NCBI GenBank assembly: GCA_963575745.1
Contig: CAUYUJ010000002.1
Span: 496,001-560,000, forward strand
Direction of reading: 5' to 3'
DNA length: 64,000 nt
Source: Prorocentrum cordatum
Lineage: Eukaryota
Shown here: one piece after another, positions 1 to 14,134 of the stretch
Position numbering within the stretch: the first letter of the stretch is position 1
How the letters are laid out: every line of letters begins with the position of its first letter
Notes under the pieces: generated by a model
Seen by the model: only the letters and a program-made list of their open reading frames with translations
Told to the model about the DNA's origin: nothing
Databases searched by the model: none
Made by a program: the position numbers and the translations under genes

Positions 1-659
1 GCCCTGCCTTCAGTAGTGCGGTCAAGTTTTCGAAACCCACGGAGCCCCCCTCCCCGAGGATTTTCAGCCAGCCCGGTTCGATATTCATACGGATGGTTCT
101 GGAGGTTCCCGCTCCAAGGACGCAGGTGGACCACCGTCTGGGGCATGGGTTTTATTTTCAGTTACACGTAACGAATACCATGCAATCCATGGGTACATAT
201 GCGAACTAGATCCTACTCGTTCCGGCGCAGTTGCCAGTATACATGGTAGTCGCGTCATCAGCAGATGCACGTGGCATGGGTTGCGTGGCTCTGCGGGTGC
301 ATGGTCGGCATGAGCACGCGCGTGGGCACGTACTTGCACGACAGCATATACGTGTTATCAACTATTCGGCACGACACCTACTGGTGGCGATCTGCGCGCC
401 GCACCTGTGCGTTGATGTGCTTGATGCAGCGCGCTCACGACGAACACTAGACGAGATCCACTCATGGCGGGGTGAAATCGAGAGGGGCGTCCGTCAGCGA
501 GCCCAGCCAGCCCCCCGATGCTGTCTCTTGGATGCAACCGCGTCAGTGGGCTCACCAGTTTCAGAGCACGTTGGCGATGTTGCTGCCGAGCCCGAGACCC
601 CAGCAGGTCAGAGATTGCACGGCTTCTTCCGGAGCACCGAACAGTGCGCGCAAACGACG

Positions 660-860
660 TTCTTGCCGTCCACTGCTGGGGTCCACGGTACATGGCTGGC
701 TCCAAATCAACAAGGACTTGATCCTCATCACCGCATAGACTACACCTCGATGCCAGCAGGGCAGCTCGATGCCGTTGCGCAGCAGAGCGCTGCGGTAGAC
801 ATGGATTTGTCTTTACGCTCAGACGACCACTTCGTGGTCACGGCGCATGCAATCATCCCT
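660..860 (+). pseudogene. APE-type endonuclease C-terminal fragment
   Basis: ORF 231..1244 contains HGTWLAP...HRIDY...LRSDDHFVV, matching the TW / RIDY / SDH motifs of LINE APE domains. Confidence 0.7.
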
Positions 861-1939
861 GGGATGGCGCGCAGTACGAACGTGCACACACATTCGACAA
901 AGCTTAAGCTCGATGAGGCCAAGCTCGTCGACCCCACCCGCCAGGGGGGCTTCTGTGGATGCCCTACGGGTGGTGCCCCAACCCCATTTCACCACCCATC
1001 CCGACGAACGCGCAGAGCATCTCAATGCTCATCTCCTGCAGGCGGCCAAGTGCGCCCTCCCGCCGGCCGAGTCTGCCAGCGGTCGCACGTCGCGAAACAC
1101 TTGGATTGCCCGGGGATCCCTGGACCTCATGGACGACGGCGCCACGGGACGCTGGGCCCTACGGGTTCTCCGATCGCTGGCACTACGGTTGCTATTGGTA
1201 TGCGTCTTCGCGGCTTGGGCCTCGGATGGGGACTTGGAAGGTGAATCCTATTATTATCGTACATGGCGTTGACGACGCGCGTGCCGCAACGGTCCTATAC
1301 ATTTCCCCATCCAACAGGCATGTCGACAGAAGATAGCAACAGTGGCTGGTTAACTAATGGGCTCCGCACTACCGTTCGCGCGTCCGCTACAGACCCCCAT
1401 CTAATAGGACTACGTTTCCTAAGCCGACCTCCGACTGCCTGGGAGCTGGGGATGGCACCATTCGGTTACCTTTTTTGTTTGCCTACGATTCTGGAGCACT
1501 ACCATGCGTGGAGGGTTGTTTCTCTGGGCATGGCGTTTTCCCGAGAGCCGCGACCTATGTTGCGCAGCAATCCATGGGGCAAGATTCGGCGTGGCACTGT
1601 GCCAGCGTTTCCAAGGGAGTTAACTCAGCCTGGGACCGACGACATTTTGCAGAAGCCCACGCCACTTTGCGCCGGATCGGTGCAGGATTTACACGACGCA
1701 TGACGCGCGCTCTCCCTGCCCTGCGAGATGTCAGCGGCCAGGCCTTGGTCTCTGAACAGGCTGTGGCACAGCGGTGGCGACGCCATTCTGCCGACCTGGA
1801 GCTCGCCGCTACAATGCCCATGGACGATATTCCACACGTTGCTGCGTACTTCGGCCGACAGCCCTGCCAGGGCATGCACAGCCAGCCAGTGCAGTTGTCC
1901 TCTGCGCCCTCTCTTGCTGACTTTCAGTGGTCCTGCCGA

Positions 1940-3100
1940 CAGGCCCGACGGTCCGCTCCTGGGTGCGATGGGATCCCTGGCCGCCTCCTAAAAACACGTC
2001 CAGCAGCGATTGCCGACTTGCGCTACCCACTACACTTGAAGTTCGTATTTACACTTATGGAACCAATTCAATGGAAAGGCGGATTCTATCGGGACCCAAT
2101 CAAGTCTAGTCTTGCCCACCCTACCCAGTGCACCAGCTCTCGCTCGTTTCTGGCATCGTCTCAGTTAGGCGAAGCGCCCCGACGTTGTATACGCGAACGG
2201 TTGATACCCTTCCTGCCAGACGAAGCAGGCGAAACTCAGTTTAGAGGACTCCCTGGACGAGGTACAGCACATGCCTCCATCCTCCTGCGCACGGCCCAGT
2301 CCCTGGCCAAGAAGCGCAACGTGTCTTTCAAGGTACTTTTTCCTGGACGTCGTACAGGCCTTTTACAGGGCCATACGGGAACTAGTGGTCAAGGCACATC
2401 GGGAGTCGGAGATGGGCGATGCTACTATAGCCACAATAGTACGGGCTGCAGGGCTCCCGCCCGACGCCATGCACCGACATGCCGGCCGACTCCGCTCCCG
2501 GACCCCGTCTCTCACCCGCTCCGACCTCGACCCGCGCGTCGTCGCCCAGGTCGAGCAGTGCTACTTAGCACCATGGTTCGTATATGAGGTTTCTGGCCAG
2601 GTGTCGATGCCCCAACGTTCGTTTCCCCCAGGCCAACCTCGCGGACGTTCTCTTCGAGCTACAGATGGCGGATTGCATGAGCGAAGTCCGGCGACAATTC
2701 TGCGACGACGGCCGCCGCGCACCCTTGTCCTGCCCTGCGGGGCGCAGTCTTGCAGCGCGCCTGTCAGACGAAGGAGGGGCAGAGGTATCACTTGCAGATA
2801 TTTCGCACGCAGACGATGGCACAGTCATCCTGCTCATGCCCGCGCCTTTTTTTGCGCGAACGGCTCAGCAGAGCCCTGGTTTTAGTATCCGAAGCTTTCG
2901 CCACCAGGGGACATCTACTTAACCTTGGGCTTGCCAAACCAGCGGCGCTCATCGCGCGGCGTGGTCCAGGGGCCAATGCAGCGCGTCACTCGGCGCGGCT
3001 CGAACAGGGAGGCAACACCGTGGGCGAGTCAGCTATCGTTGGGGCGATCGAGGCACCCATCGTGCACAACTACATTCATGTGGGTTCAGTTTTCGACGCA
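1940..3100 (+). pseudogene. Reverse transcriptase domain (frameshifted)
   Basis: Motifs are spread over ORFs 1475, 2271, 2584 and 2750: APGCDG, QF.G..GRG, LD...AF, ISHADD and YIHVGS. Confidence 0.88.
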
Positions 3101-4449
3101 GGTGCGGCGATGACGCCAGAGATTCGATATTGGGTCGCCTCCTCTGCTGTCTCCCTCCAAGTGCTACGACGACGAGTTTTTGCGACCGGCGACGTCGGTC
3201 TCTCATGCCGTCTTATTATTGCAAACAGCTTTGTGATGTCCAGCCGACTGTGCAATGGTGGTGCATGGCCCGCCTTTGCAGTGTCAGACGAGCGTCTTGC
3301 GCGCGTGGAGGTCATGAAAGTTCATCGTGCAGCTGCGCGCGCCAGTTACCGTGAGGACACATCCCAGGTCTCCGACGCATTGGTTCTTGTTAGACTCCGA
3401 CGGCCCGACCCAGCTACACGGATTCGAGCGGCCCACTTAAGGTTCCTGGGGTCCCTGGTCCACACAGGCCCTCGGCTGGCCCTCGCAGTGATTGCAGCAG
3501 GATGGAAAACCCTCGAACACGACGCGGTACGCCAACAGCGAGCCGTCATGGGAGTCTGGACTACGGACCTACAGTGGCTGCAGGAATCTGCGCGACGTTG
3601 TGCAGACCTCCCCGACCTTGCCGCCAATTTCGGTGCATGGGAGACGTTCATACAACGCAGCGAACCAGCTTGGAAACGGGCTTTTCAGATAGGAGTCTAC
3701 GCACATACACAGCATGCGGCACGACTCACAGTTGCCCAGCGCGTGGAGCGACAGTTCTTTGCTGACGCGACCGCTGCGGGTGCACCGGCCGGGGTCTACA
3801 CCGACGCGCAGGGCATGGTCGTCCCGCCACCGCCAGCGCCCGTGCCCGCCACGCGCGCCTGCCCCTGGTGCGAGCTACAGTGCCAGCGCCACCGCGCACT
3901 ACGCGTTCACATCGCACACAACCACCGCCAACTTACTACACTGGCGCGAGGATGCGCATCACTGACAGGCACCTGCACGGCATGCCTGCATACCTACTAC
4001 GCCCGACCCCACCTCATCGATCACCTATCGATCGATTCACCACGATGCTTGCTCGTAGGCATACTAGCAAACGATAACCCAGCCTACCACATCAAGCGGC
4101 CCATCGACCCCACTCCACGACCACCTGGCACCTGGCCGCAGGTCCACATTCCTCGACGTCATGTTGTTGTGCCCACACTACGTGCCCAAGGCCCCCGCCC
4201 CGAAGTAGCCAGCACGATAGCCGACACCGTCACGCAAGCAGCAGCCCGACTAGCCCTCCTCGAATGCGCTCCGTATCTCGCCGAAGCCGCCAAGGACGCC
4301 CAACGGCCGCTGCTTCGCCTAGATGCTCCACCACAGCTCCCAGACATCGCATGCCCACCACCACATATCGAGCGCTACCCCACCCGCATGTTCCTGACAA
4401 GTCAGCACGCAGGCACGGCCGCGCAGATGCTTCCGATCGCCATCAAGCG

Positions 4450-5220
4450 GGCTGAGTACTTCGCACTCAACCTCCACTGCGGACGCCGACGGGCAGGCGA
4501 CATTCAAGCATGCCTCGAACGGACGCACTACGATGTTAATTTCACCCTGGTTGTACTATCGATCGACATCGCCATTGATCCCGCGATGGGCAACATGATG
4601 CGACGACAGACGCTGGAGACGTGGAAGGAGCACAGACGCGCTATGCGAGTTGTCCTGTCGGGGGGGGGGGGCGCCCTGCGAAACCTGGAGTGCCATTCGT
4701 TGGGCCGACGATGCCGGCGCCCTCTACGTTCGCGCGACCGCGTCTGGGGGCCCAAGGCAGTTGCGCCGCGCCAAATGGAACAACTACGCGTTGGAAACGA
4801 GCTCTTGGGGGCAAAGACCGAACTGTTTGGGGTCCACCTTGTCGTTGGGGCGGCCTGCTGGATGGAGCATCCCACGCCGGCTTATTGGAGAAGCCGCGGT
4901 GAGTTTTTTCTTTGCCCCATCCCCGCGAGCCGCGATGGCAGCACCAGCGGCCGCGGTTGCAGATTTTGATCAGTGCGAGCACGAACAGAGCGCGCGCGCC
5001 CACCCGTATGCTCGCGTTGCGTGCGCGCGCATTACACGAGCGCCTACTCGAGACACCTCGGAGAGGACGCTGCTCGCACGGGCGTTGATCGCACGAGGTC
5101 TTGATGGGCTACGATCGCAGTCGCGACGACTTGCGTGCCGCCAGAAAGAAGACGTACCCACCAGCTCTCTGTCAGGTACTAGCGGATGGCATCATGGACT
5201 CTGTAAACCACATGCGTGAG
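4450..5220 (+). pseudogene. C5 cytosine DNA methyltransferase-like domain fused to LINE ORF2 (frameshifted)
   Basis: Motif I-like LNLHCGRRRAGD (about 4463-4501), motif II-like LSIDI, catalytic motif IV GAPCETWS (after the poly-G slip at about 4660-4671), motif VI-like MEHP (about 4862-4873), FDQC and a terminal KTYPPALCQVLA. Confidence 0.75.
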
Positions 5221-5904
5221 ACCAGCGACCCAGACGCATTACCAGGCGACATGCGGGAAACAAAAAATCGAGCTTCCTGGGTCCTTGTCCGATTTTTTTC
5301 ATGACATGGGACCCCTATCAGGGCGCGGGCGAAAGTTGGGCCCCTGATTTCGCCTCGCAGGCCCCTCGGCGGGCCCGTGCAGACCACAGGAGGCATAGGT
5401 TTCAGCCGCCGTCCCCCCCCCCCCCTCCTGCGCCAGGTGTCGCTGTGATCCGGGGCGGGGCCCAGGGACCCAAGCCCTATGAGGCCACAGACGAGCAGGA
5501 GCACGCAGAAGCGTTGGCGTTTATCGAAGGCACCCCGATCCATGGGCGCGACGCCGGTTGCCCTTTTCAAGTCAGCGCAGCCCTTGCCCACGCCCCGCCT
5601 CTACCACCCTGCCCAATTCCCTTCGCAGATGCAGTTTTAGCCGCGATTGCCCGCGAGCGCTCTGAAGCCCGCGCGCGGCGAAAGCAGAGACTTGCCGCCC
5701 GTGTCGCCCCTTGGGCCATGCACTCGGGATTCGGTGCCAACCTTTCCGATTCCCACCGCGAGTAAACCGCTTTCTGTCTATCGTGGTTTGTATGGGGGGG
5801 GGTCGGGGGGCAGGCAGGTTGGTAAGACTGCGACAGTGACACAGGCGATTTGTGGTTTCGCGCGACAGCGGTCTCGTCCTGCGCAGCTGAAGCATGCTCA
5901 GCCG

Positions 5905-6555
5905 TCGTCGGCCGAGCCGAGGGTCGATCCGCGAGGGGGGGGCGCAGTGGGCGCTCCGAGAGGAACTCGCGAAGCCCCACCGAAGCGAGGTCGCCGTTTT
6001 GCACCTGCGCTCTCTCGAGCACGCCGCAGGCGTCGATTGGCGACGTTGGACGGGCGGCGGATGCGTTAGTTTTCAGTTCGGGCGGGGGGGCAGCCAGTCA
6101 CGATTGTTCGAGCTGTGGCTCGCGTGCACGCGCAGCGCGCTACCTTCGCGCCGTCAGTTACTTGATGAAGCCTTTCCCTTGGATTGGGCGGGGAGGATGG
6201 GTGGGGTCTGTAGTCTGTGAGAGTAGCTGCCTGACTTCCACGGTCTCTCGTGCCCGCAGCCTGCCTGCATGCGCCGCCATCCCTGTCTCTCAGCACATTA
6301 CATTATCTTCGTTGTCTTTTGAATGTTGGCAAGGGGTATCGGATATCAGGATGCCGCGAGGGACAGGCCCGGCATGTTTGTGCAGTGGACTTCTCTTGCG
6401 CAGCTGACGGCCGCTTTGGCGTCGGCGGCCGAGCCGAGGGCCGATCCGCGAGGGGAGGGGGCTATAGTGGGCGCTCCGAAAGGAACTCGCGAAGCCCCCT
6501 CCCCAAAGCGGCTCTCGCCGAGGGAAGGCCGCCATTTCTACGCCTGCGCTTTTCG
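5905..6555. repeat. Two diverged direct copies of a ~120-bp unit (about 5905-6020 and 6421-6555)
   Basis: Both copies read cggccgagccgaggg(t/c)cgatccgcgagggg...agtgggcgctccga.aggaactcgcgaagcccc. Confidence 0.8.
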
Positions 6556-7925
6556 TGAGCTCGCGGTCGTCTTGGAAGGGGGTGGAGGCGGGGTAGTCAG
6601 TTACTGTCTGTCAAGCTGAGGCCCGCGTGCAGCGGTGCGCGCGTCATTTTTGCATTGTCAGCTCGCGAGGCACTCAAGTCTTTGAGACGCAATGCCGGCC
6701 TGCCGCGTGAGTTCGCAGATGCTTTTGCACGACTGGCTTCCTTTGGACAAGCACCCGCCGTGGATGACGAAGGGCGCCCGTTTTCACACTTACAGCTTAG
6801 ACACGTGGACCCCGTTCTCGCGGCGATGGCCACGCGCCAGCGCCGAAGTATCAGTGACGTTCGGGCAGAGGGGAGTGCTTCAGAGAGAGTTGCCGCCTGC
6901 CTCTGTTGCTTTCTCCCGCCCGCGGCCTGCCTGCACCGCCGCGCGCTTTCCTTTTCTTGCTGTCAACGCCCCCAGAGGCGCCTCCCCCCCGCTTCGAAGC
7001 TGCGGACATAGTTTCACACCTTGGCCCGAGGGGGGCAGCGGTCAGGGGGCCCCGTGAGCGTAGTCCGTCGCTAACCACACACTCGTTGCGCGTGGCGCCG
7101 GACCCCCGAGAGCTCGCCTGCGCTGCGCAGCGGCTCACCAGGAGCTCACGCACTGCTCGCTGCGGCGCTAGCCAGGCTGCATTGCATTTTGCATATGCAG
7201 TTATGGGGTAGCAGGGCAAGGATCGAGGTTGGAAGAAGGTTGAATTGTCATGAAATATTTTCCCACCTTTTGTCCCTCTCTGCGCGACGAGGCGCATTGC
7301 TTTGGCGCAGACAGGACCGCCTGCCTGCCTGTCGTGCCTGTCTGCTACCGCCTGAAGTGCCAGTAGCGCTGACCACGGCTCTAGTGCCTCTGAGCTTGTG
7401 TAGTGTCACTTCGAGCGCCGTGCAGGGTGCCTGACACTATATATGTGGAGGGGTGGGTGGGCATACTTTGGGTGGTGGGGAGGAGCTACTGCGCTGTACT
7501 TGCTTAGTTGGTGCCCGCGCAGCTCTTTTAAGTTCAGTTGTACGTCTCTTAGTTGCAGCGCCGCCTGCCTCTGACCGTCGCCAGGCGAATCAGATGCGCA
7601 ATCCAAAGAATCTCCTCCGTCTTCCCCCTGCTCCCCCTCCCTCCCCCTCCCGCCTCCTCCTCCCTTCCCCCCCCCGTCCGCCGATGCGCCGAGCCCCGCG
7701 CGCCCGCGCCCTCGGCGCCCTTGGCGCCCTCGGCGCGCTGGCGGGCCCGCTGGCCGCCCGCCGCCCCGCGGCCCTCGCCGCGGCGCCCCGCGGCCGCCGA
7801 CCGCCGACTGCTGCCGCCAACCGACGAGGTCGATGACGACGACCGAATATGGCGACGACGAGGACGGCGACGACGACGAGGTCGACGACGACGGATGACC
7901 GACGACGACGACGCCGACGACGATA

Positions 7926-7963
<38 letters not shown>

Positions 7964-8607
7964 GACCGTGGCCGTGGTCGTGGTCGTTGCCTTGGTGTTG
8001 GTCGTCGTCGTCGTCGTTGTGGCCGTCGTCGTCGTGGTGGCCGTCGTGGTAGGCTCCGTTGCGCCCGCCGCCGCCGGCCGCCGACGACGACGGCGGCTTC
8101 CGTTTCGCAGCCTCGTGGGCGGCCCCGGGAGCCCGCTCGCCGCGCCACTGCCAGACGCCACCCGGCAAAATGTGCCTGCTGCGGCGGACCTCGAGAGGGG
8201 TCGGGGGGCAAAGTTTGAGCGGGCCGTGGGACCCGCCGCCGCTGGCGCTGTTGTCGTGCTCGTCGTCGTGGTCGTCTGGGTGGTCGTCGCGGTCGTCGCT
8301 GGTGGAGGGAGAGGGGGGAGGAGGAACGAGAGAGGGAAGAGGGCAGAAGGGACAGGCAGAGAGGGGAAAAGGCAGATGGGGAGAGGGAGTGAGGGGTGCG
8401 GGGGGCGGGGAGAGGGAGGATCTGGGAGAGGGACAAGCTAGGTGCCCCCGCGCCTCATCTGACATCCGACCCCTCCCTCCCATCCGACACCTGCGACCCC
8501 CGTGCCTTCGTCCGAGCACGCACGGCCTCGTGCTTCTTGCGCCCGCCCGCCCGCGGAGCCGGGAGCGGAGACGACGTCCCAGCATCGAGCCCAGCACAAG
8601 GCAACAG

Positions 8608-9128
<521 letters not shown>

Positions 9129-9449
9129 CCTGCGCGAGCCACAGAGCAAGGCCACAGGGCCCCGGGGCCACAGGGCCAGCATCGAGCCCAGCACAAGGCC
9201 ACAGGGCCACAGGGCCAGCACAAGCCCACAGGCCCCGACCTCTTGCCGCGGCCGTCGGCCCGCCCGCCCGCCCCACTGCGAGGCGCCCGCGGCCCTCGCC
9301 GCGGCGCCCGCGGCCCGCGGCCTTCGCCGTGGCGCTGGCCGCGGACGACCGCCCCCCGCGCGGCCTCCGCGGCGGACGGCGGCTCGCGCGGCATCCGGCG
9401 GTCGCGGCGGCGGGCGAGAGGAAGGCGCCCCGCCGCCGCGAGCGGTAAG

Positions 9450-9482
<33 letters not shown>

Positions 9483-10717
9483 TACGGTGACGACGACGAC
9501 GACGACCACGTCGACGACGACTACGACGACGACGACTACGACTACGATGACGACGACAGCGACCACGACCACGACGACGACCACGACGACGGTGACGACG
9601 ACAAACTCGACGACCGTGACAAAGACGACGACGACGACGATCACGATGACGACGATGACGACGAAGACAACGACCACGTCGACGACGACGTTGATGACGA
9701 CCTCGTCCGCGCGGTTGACGACGACGGCAACTTCGATTTCGACTTCGACGACGGCGACGACGACCGCGACACGACGACGACAACGACAACGTCGAGGAAG
9801 GCGGCCCGCCGCCCCTGCCGCTGCGGCCCGAACAGGGGCGTCGATGTTGACGACGGCAACGACGACGGCGCCGTCGCCGGCGGTGGCGGTGACGGCGGTG
9901 ACGACGCGGGTGACGTCCGACGACGACCGTGACAAAGACGACGACGACGTGCACGACGACGACGATGACATTGACGACGACAACGACAACGAGTACGACG
10001 ACGACGGCATTCAGGGAAGCGTCGTTGTGCAGGACGCCGGCGGCGAGGGTGACGACGGTGACGACGACGACGACGGCGTCGACGGCGGCGGCGGCGGTGT
10101 CGACGTGGGCGACGTGGGTGACGTACGACGACGACGTGGGCGACGACGACGACATTGACGACATAAACTACGTACGACGAAGACGTGGGCGGCGGCGACG
10201 TACGACGCTGACGACATTGACGACGCGGGCGACGACGACGACAACGACAAAGACAAAGACAACAACAACGGCAAAGAAAACGACTACGACGACAATTTCG
10301 ACGAAAACGACGACACGACTGCGACGACGAAGACGTTAAGGAAGACGCTCAGCGGCCGCCTCCGCTGCGGCTCGGACAGGGGCGTGGATGCTGACAACGA
10401 CGACGGCGACGGCGGCGACAGTGACGGCGGTGATGACGTTGACGACGTTGATGATGCACGGCGGCGGCGACGACGGCGACGACGACGGCGACAACGTTGG
10501 CAGCGGCCTCCGTGGCTGACGGCGGTGACGGCGTGGGCGGCGTGGGCGACGACCGTGACGACGGTGACGGCGACAGCGACGACGACGTACGTTGGCGACA
10601 ACGAAGTTGATGCAGGCGCCGCCTGCCGCTGCGGCCCCGACAGGGGCGTCGACGTTGACGACGACGGCGGCGACATGGTGACCGCGGTGACGACGTGGGT
10701 GACGTACGACGACGTGC

Positions 10718-10752
<35 letters not shown>

Positions 10753-11822
10753 TACGACGACGACGACGACGGTGGCGGCCACGGTGGCGGCGGCGGCGGC
10801 GGCGGTGACGGCGTCGACGACGTGGGCGACGTGGGCGACGTGGGCGACGTACGACGAAGGCGGTGACGATTTTGACGACGACGGCGACTACGAATCACGA
10901 CAACGATGACGACGACGACGGCGACGACGACGACGGCGAGAACGACGACGACGACGACGACAACAACGTTTATGAAGGCTCCCCGCTGCCGCCGCTGCTG
11001 CTCGGACATTGGCGTCGACGTTGACGGCGACGGCGGCGGCGACGACGTGGGTGACGTACGACAACGACGTGGGTGACGTGGGCGACGACGCCGACGCCGA
11101 AGACGGCGACAGCGACGGCGACGAGGGCGGAGGCGACGGTGGCGGTGGCGCTGTCGACGTAGGCGAAGTGGGTGGCGTCCGACGACGACGACCGTTGCGG
11201 CTTGGACGACGTGGGCAACCACGACAAAGACGACAAAGCCGACGACGACGACGACGCCGACGCTGACACGACGACGTTGAGGAAGGCGCCCCGCCGCCGC
11301 CGCCGTTGCTGCAGCTTGGGCAGGTGCGTGGGCGTTGACGACGGCGACGGCGGCGGCGACGGTGACCGCGGTGACGACGTTGACGACGTGGGTGGTGTAC
11401 GACGACGGCGACGACGACGGCGACGACGACGACGGCAGCGACGACGGCGTTGGCGGCGGCGGCGGTCGGCGCTGACGACGGCGACAGCGACGTTGAGTAA
11501 GGCGCCCCCGCCGCCGCCGTTGCTGCTCGGGCAGGGGCGTCGACGTTGACGACGACGACGACGACGGCGACGGCGACGGTGACCGCGGTGACGGCGTTGG
11601 CGACGTGGGTGACGTATGATGACGACGACGACGCCGACGACGACGACGAGCCACGCTGGCCCTTGCGGCGACGGTGACGGTGGTGACGGCGTTGGCGACG
11701 TGGGTGATGTATAACGACGACGACGACGAGCCACGCCGGTCCTGGAGGCGGCGGTGACGACGTGGGCGACGCGGGAGACGTCCGACGATGACCGTTGCGA
11801 CTTGGACGACGTGGGCGACAAA

Positions 11823-11857
<35 letters not shown>

Positions 11858-11885
11858 AAACGACCCAAACGACGCAAACGACGCC
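9450..11885. repeat. Degenerate (GAC)n-based satellite with a higher-order GC-rich cassette
   Basis: GAC/GGC triplets interrupted at least six times by aaggcgccccgccgcc...gctgc...caggggcgtcgacgttgac. Confidence 0.9.
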
Positions 11886-12428
11886 TGAGGTTTCTCGTCG
11901 TTCATGGGTTCCATGGGCCCTCCTCCAGGTCCTCGGGGAGGGCCCCCGTTCCAGGACCCGTTCACCTCAGGAACCGCCTCTTTCATGCCAACGCAGCCGC
12001 TGTGGCTCGGGCGTGCAGAAAGTCGTGACAATGGTGCGTCCCAAGGGTCCTCCAGGCCTCCCAGATCTCATGGCCCCCTCTTCCCTGGCAGCCAGCCCGC
12101 ACCCCGCCCTCAGGCGCGGCGCCCTCGCCGTCCTCGCCCGACGCCGCGGTGGCGGAGGCCAGCGACGAGGACCGCCTGGAGGGCGGGGTAGGGCAGCCGA
12201 ACAACAAACATCAAGGGCGTAAAACACGCCCGTACCCTGGTTTTCTGAGGTGCTGTGCGCTGAACCGCGCGGCGTCCTGGCGGCTCTCTGGCCTGTGGGA
12301 GCTCCCAGGAGGTTGACTGTCCATTTCTCAACAACAATAGCGTAAACATGGTTTCGGCATGAGCAGGAAGAACGGCATCAACACAGCTTCGACACTCGAA
12401 TCACAAGCAACGGCATAAACATGACTCA

Positions 12429-12563
12429 TCGGAGCCCCGCGCGGATTTTTCTTAGATCGACGCTGGACCCCCCTTGGCACGCCTCCGACGCCGCCCCTGG
12501 CCCGCTCCGCTCGTCGGGGAGGGGGGCCCAGCGCCGATCCAAGAAGTCCGCGCGGACCTCCGA
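12429..12563. mobile_element. Hairpin MITE family A (about 40-bp inverted arms); related copies at about 15375-15464, 40705-40856, 48040-48137, 49891-50008 and 52918-53022
   Basis: tcggagccccgcgcggatttttcttagatcgacgctggacccccc pairs with gggggcccagcgccgatccaagaagtccgcgcggacctccga. The same core recurs at five other loci. Confidence 0.8.
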
Positions 12564-13984
12564 GAAGTCATGTTTACGGCGGTGTTTTGTTTCTCGAGGG
12601 GGACGAAGAATGACATAAACGTAAAAACTCTGAGGCCCGCGCGGAACTCCGAGTTTTATGTTTATATGTCAATATTCGGCCCCCTATTCTCGAGGCGCGG
12701 GAGGCAGTGCTCGGGGGCGCTCAAGAGGGGGACTTCGGGGGGACATTCCAGGGGTGGCCTCGGGTTCGAGGTGTTCGTCGCTCTCGTTGGTTCTCGGCGT
12801 TTCCCAGCCTCGGGATGCTCTCGAGCGGCTGCGCCTCGCTGACAGCGTCGAGGGGGTTCTCGGACCGCCCCGAGCGGCCGCCAGAGGCTCGATTCATGAC
12901 CCGGAAGCTACCGGGCCTCGAGAGGGGCAAAGATTAGAGGGAGCGGGGCGGGGGGCCGGTAGTGTCACGTTCCGGGCAGGCGCCGTCCGGAAACGTTTCG
13001 GACGAACCAACGCCAGCTCGGAGGTCGGCACGAATCGTGGTGTTGCCCTGTTTGGGGGGAGGGGGGACGGCTGGGGCCGGTGACGGCCGCTACCGCAAGA
13101 AGAAGTGCAAAATGCCCGCAGCGCAGATTGGTCCTTCTCTACAAGAGGAGCCGAGTCAGAGGAGGAGGAGGAGTCAGATGAGGAGGAGGAGGAGGAGGAG
13201 GAGGAGGAGGAGGAGGAGGGGAAGGAGGCGGTAGAGCTGCCTCGCCAGCGCGCCCCCTGCCTGTTGGGCTTCTCGGCCCCCCCATCTCTCTAGGCCTCTT
13301 GCTCCTGTGCAGTTGGCTGAGCCCCGTCCTCCCGTGTCGGCTACTGTGAGGGCTGGCCTGAGAAGGCTCAGCAAGGGGCGTCCTCCGAAATGTGGCACTT
13401 GTTGGATGGACCTCTCCAGCTCTCCGCCGCCTCGAGCGACGTGCGCTCAAGGAGCGCAGCAAAGCCACAGGGAACGCGTGGTACTGACAGTGCAGCCCCC
13501 GCACATGTATGCGTGCGGCACCGTTGCAGCGCACGGCCACCACGGGCACGAGGCAGCCATCCAACACGGAGGCGCTGCAGCGACGAGCTCAGACTGTATA
13601 ATCTCGTGGGAGTTCGACGGTGACGCCCGACGCCCTCGGAGGTTCGGGCGGCATGGCTGTCTCCCTTCACTCGAGGTCACGTCCACCAGTGCCTTCACAC
13701 ACCGTGAAACTCATCTGCTCCCACGTCGCCGTAAGAACACACGGCAGAGCCCCCAGACGGACACCGACAGTGCAGCGGAGCACCCGCACCAATGGCCGGG
13801 GGAGCCCCCGCGAGCGGGCACCCAGGGGAGAGCACGTCTGCGGAGGGGTTCTCTAAAGCGTGTCCTTCTCGGGGCCTCCGGGGCTCCTCCGCGCGGTGGC
13901 CCCCGGAGGCCCGGCGGCCGCGGTTCGCTCTGCATGCGCGGCTCGGCTCTCGGGCGGCTGTTGCGCCGCTGCGGCCCTCCAGAT

Positions 13985-14134
13985 TCGGGCCGGGCGAAAG
14001 GGGGGGATTGGGAAAGGGGGGGTTGCGAAATTTGCTGCATGCAGCTGGTTTCGGCCTCACCGAGCGAAAAAAATCAGCTACGTGAGCTGATTCTCAAACC
14101 CCCCCTTTGCTATCCCCCCTTTCGCCCGACCCGA
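13985..14134. mobile_element. MITE with long TIRs and a 5-bp target-site duplication (CAGAT)
   Basis: tcgggccgggcgaaagggggg / cccccctttcgcccgacccga, with CAGAT at 13980-13984 and 14135-14139. Confidence 0.75.

Larger units (their letters stand above)
231..5765 (+). mobile_element. Degenerate non-LTR (LINE) retrotransposon: APE endonuclease - RT - zinc fingers - C5 DNA methyltransferase-like domain
   Basis: Collinear motifs across frameshifts: APE C-terminal TW...HRIDY...SDDH; RT SAPGCDG, EPIQWKGG, QFRGLPGRGT, FLDVVQAFY, PQANLADVLF, HADD (about 2806-2817); C2H2 fingers CPWC...H...H and CTAC...H; then LNLHCGRRRAGD, GAPCETWS, WMEHP, KTYPPALC. The 5' end is not resolved. Confidence 0.9.
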
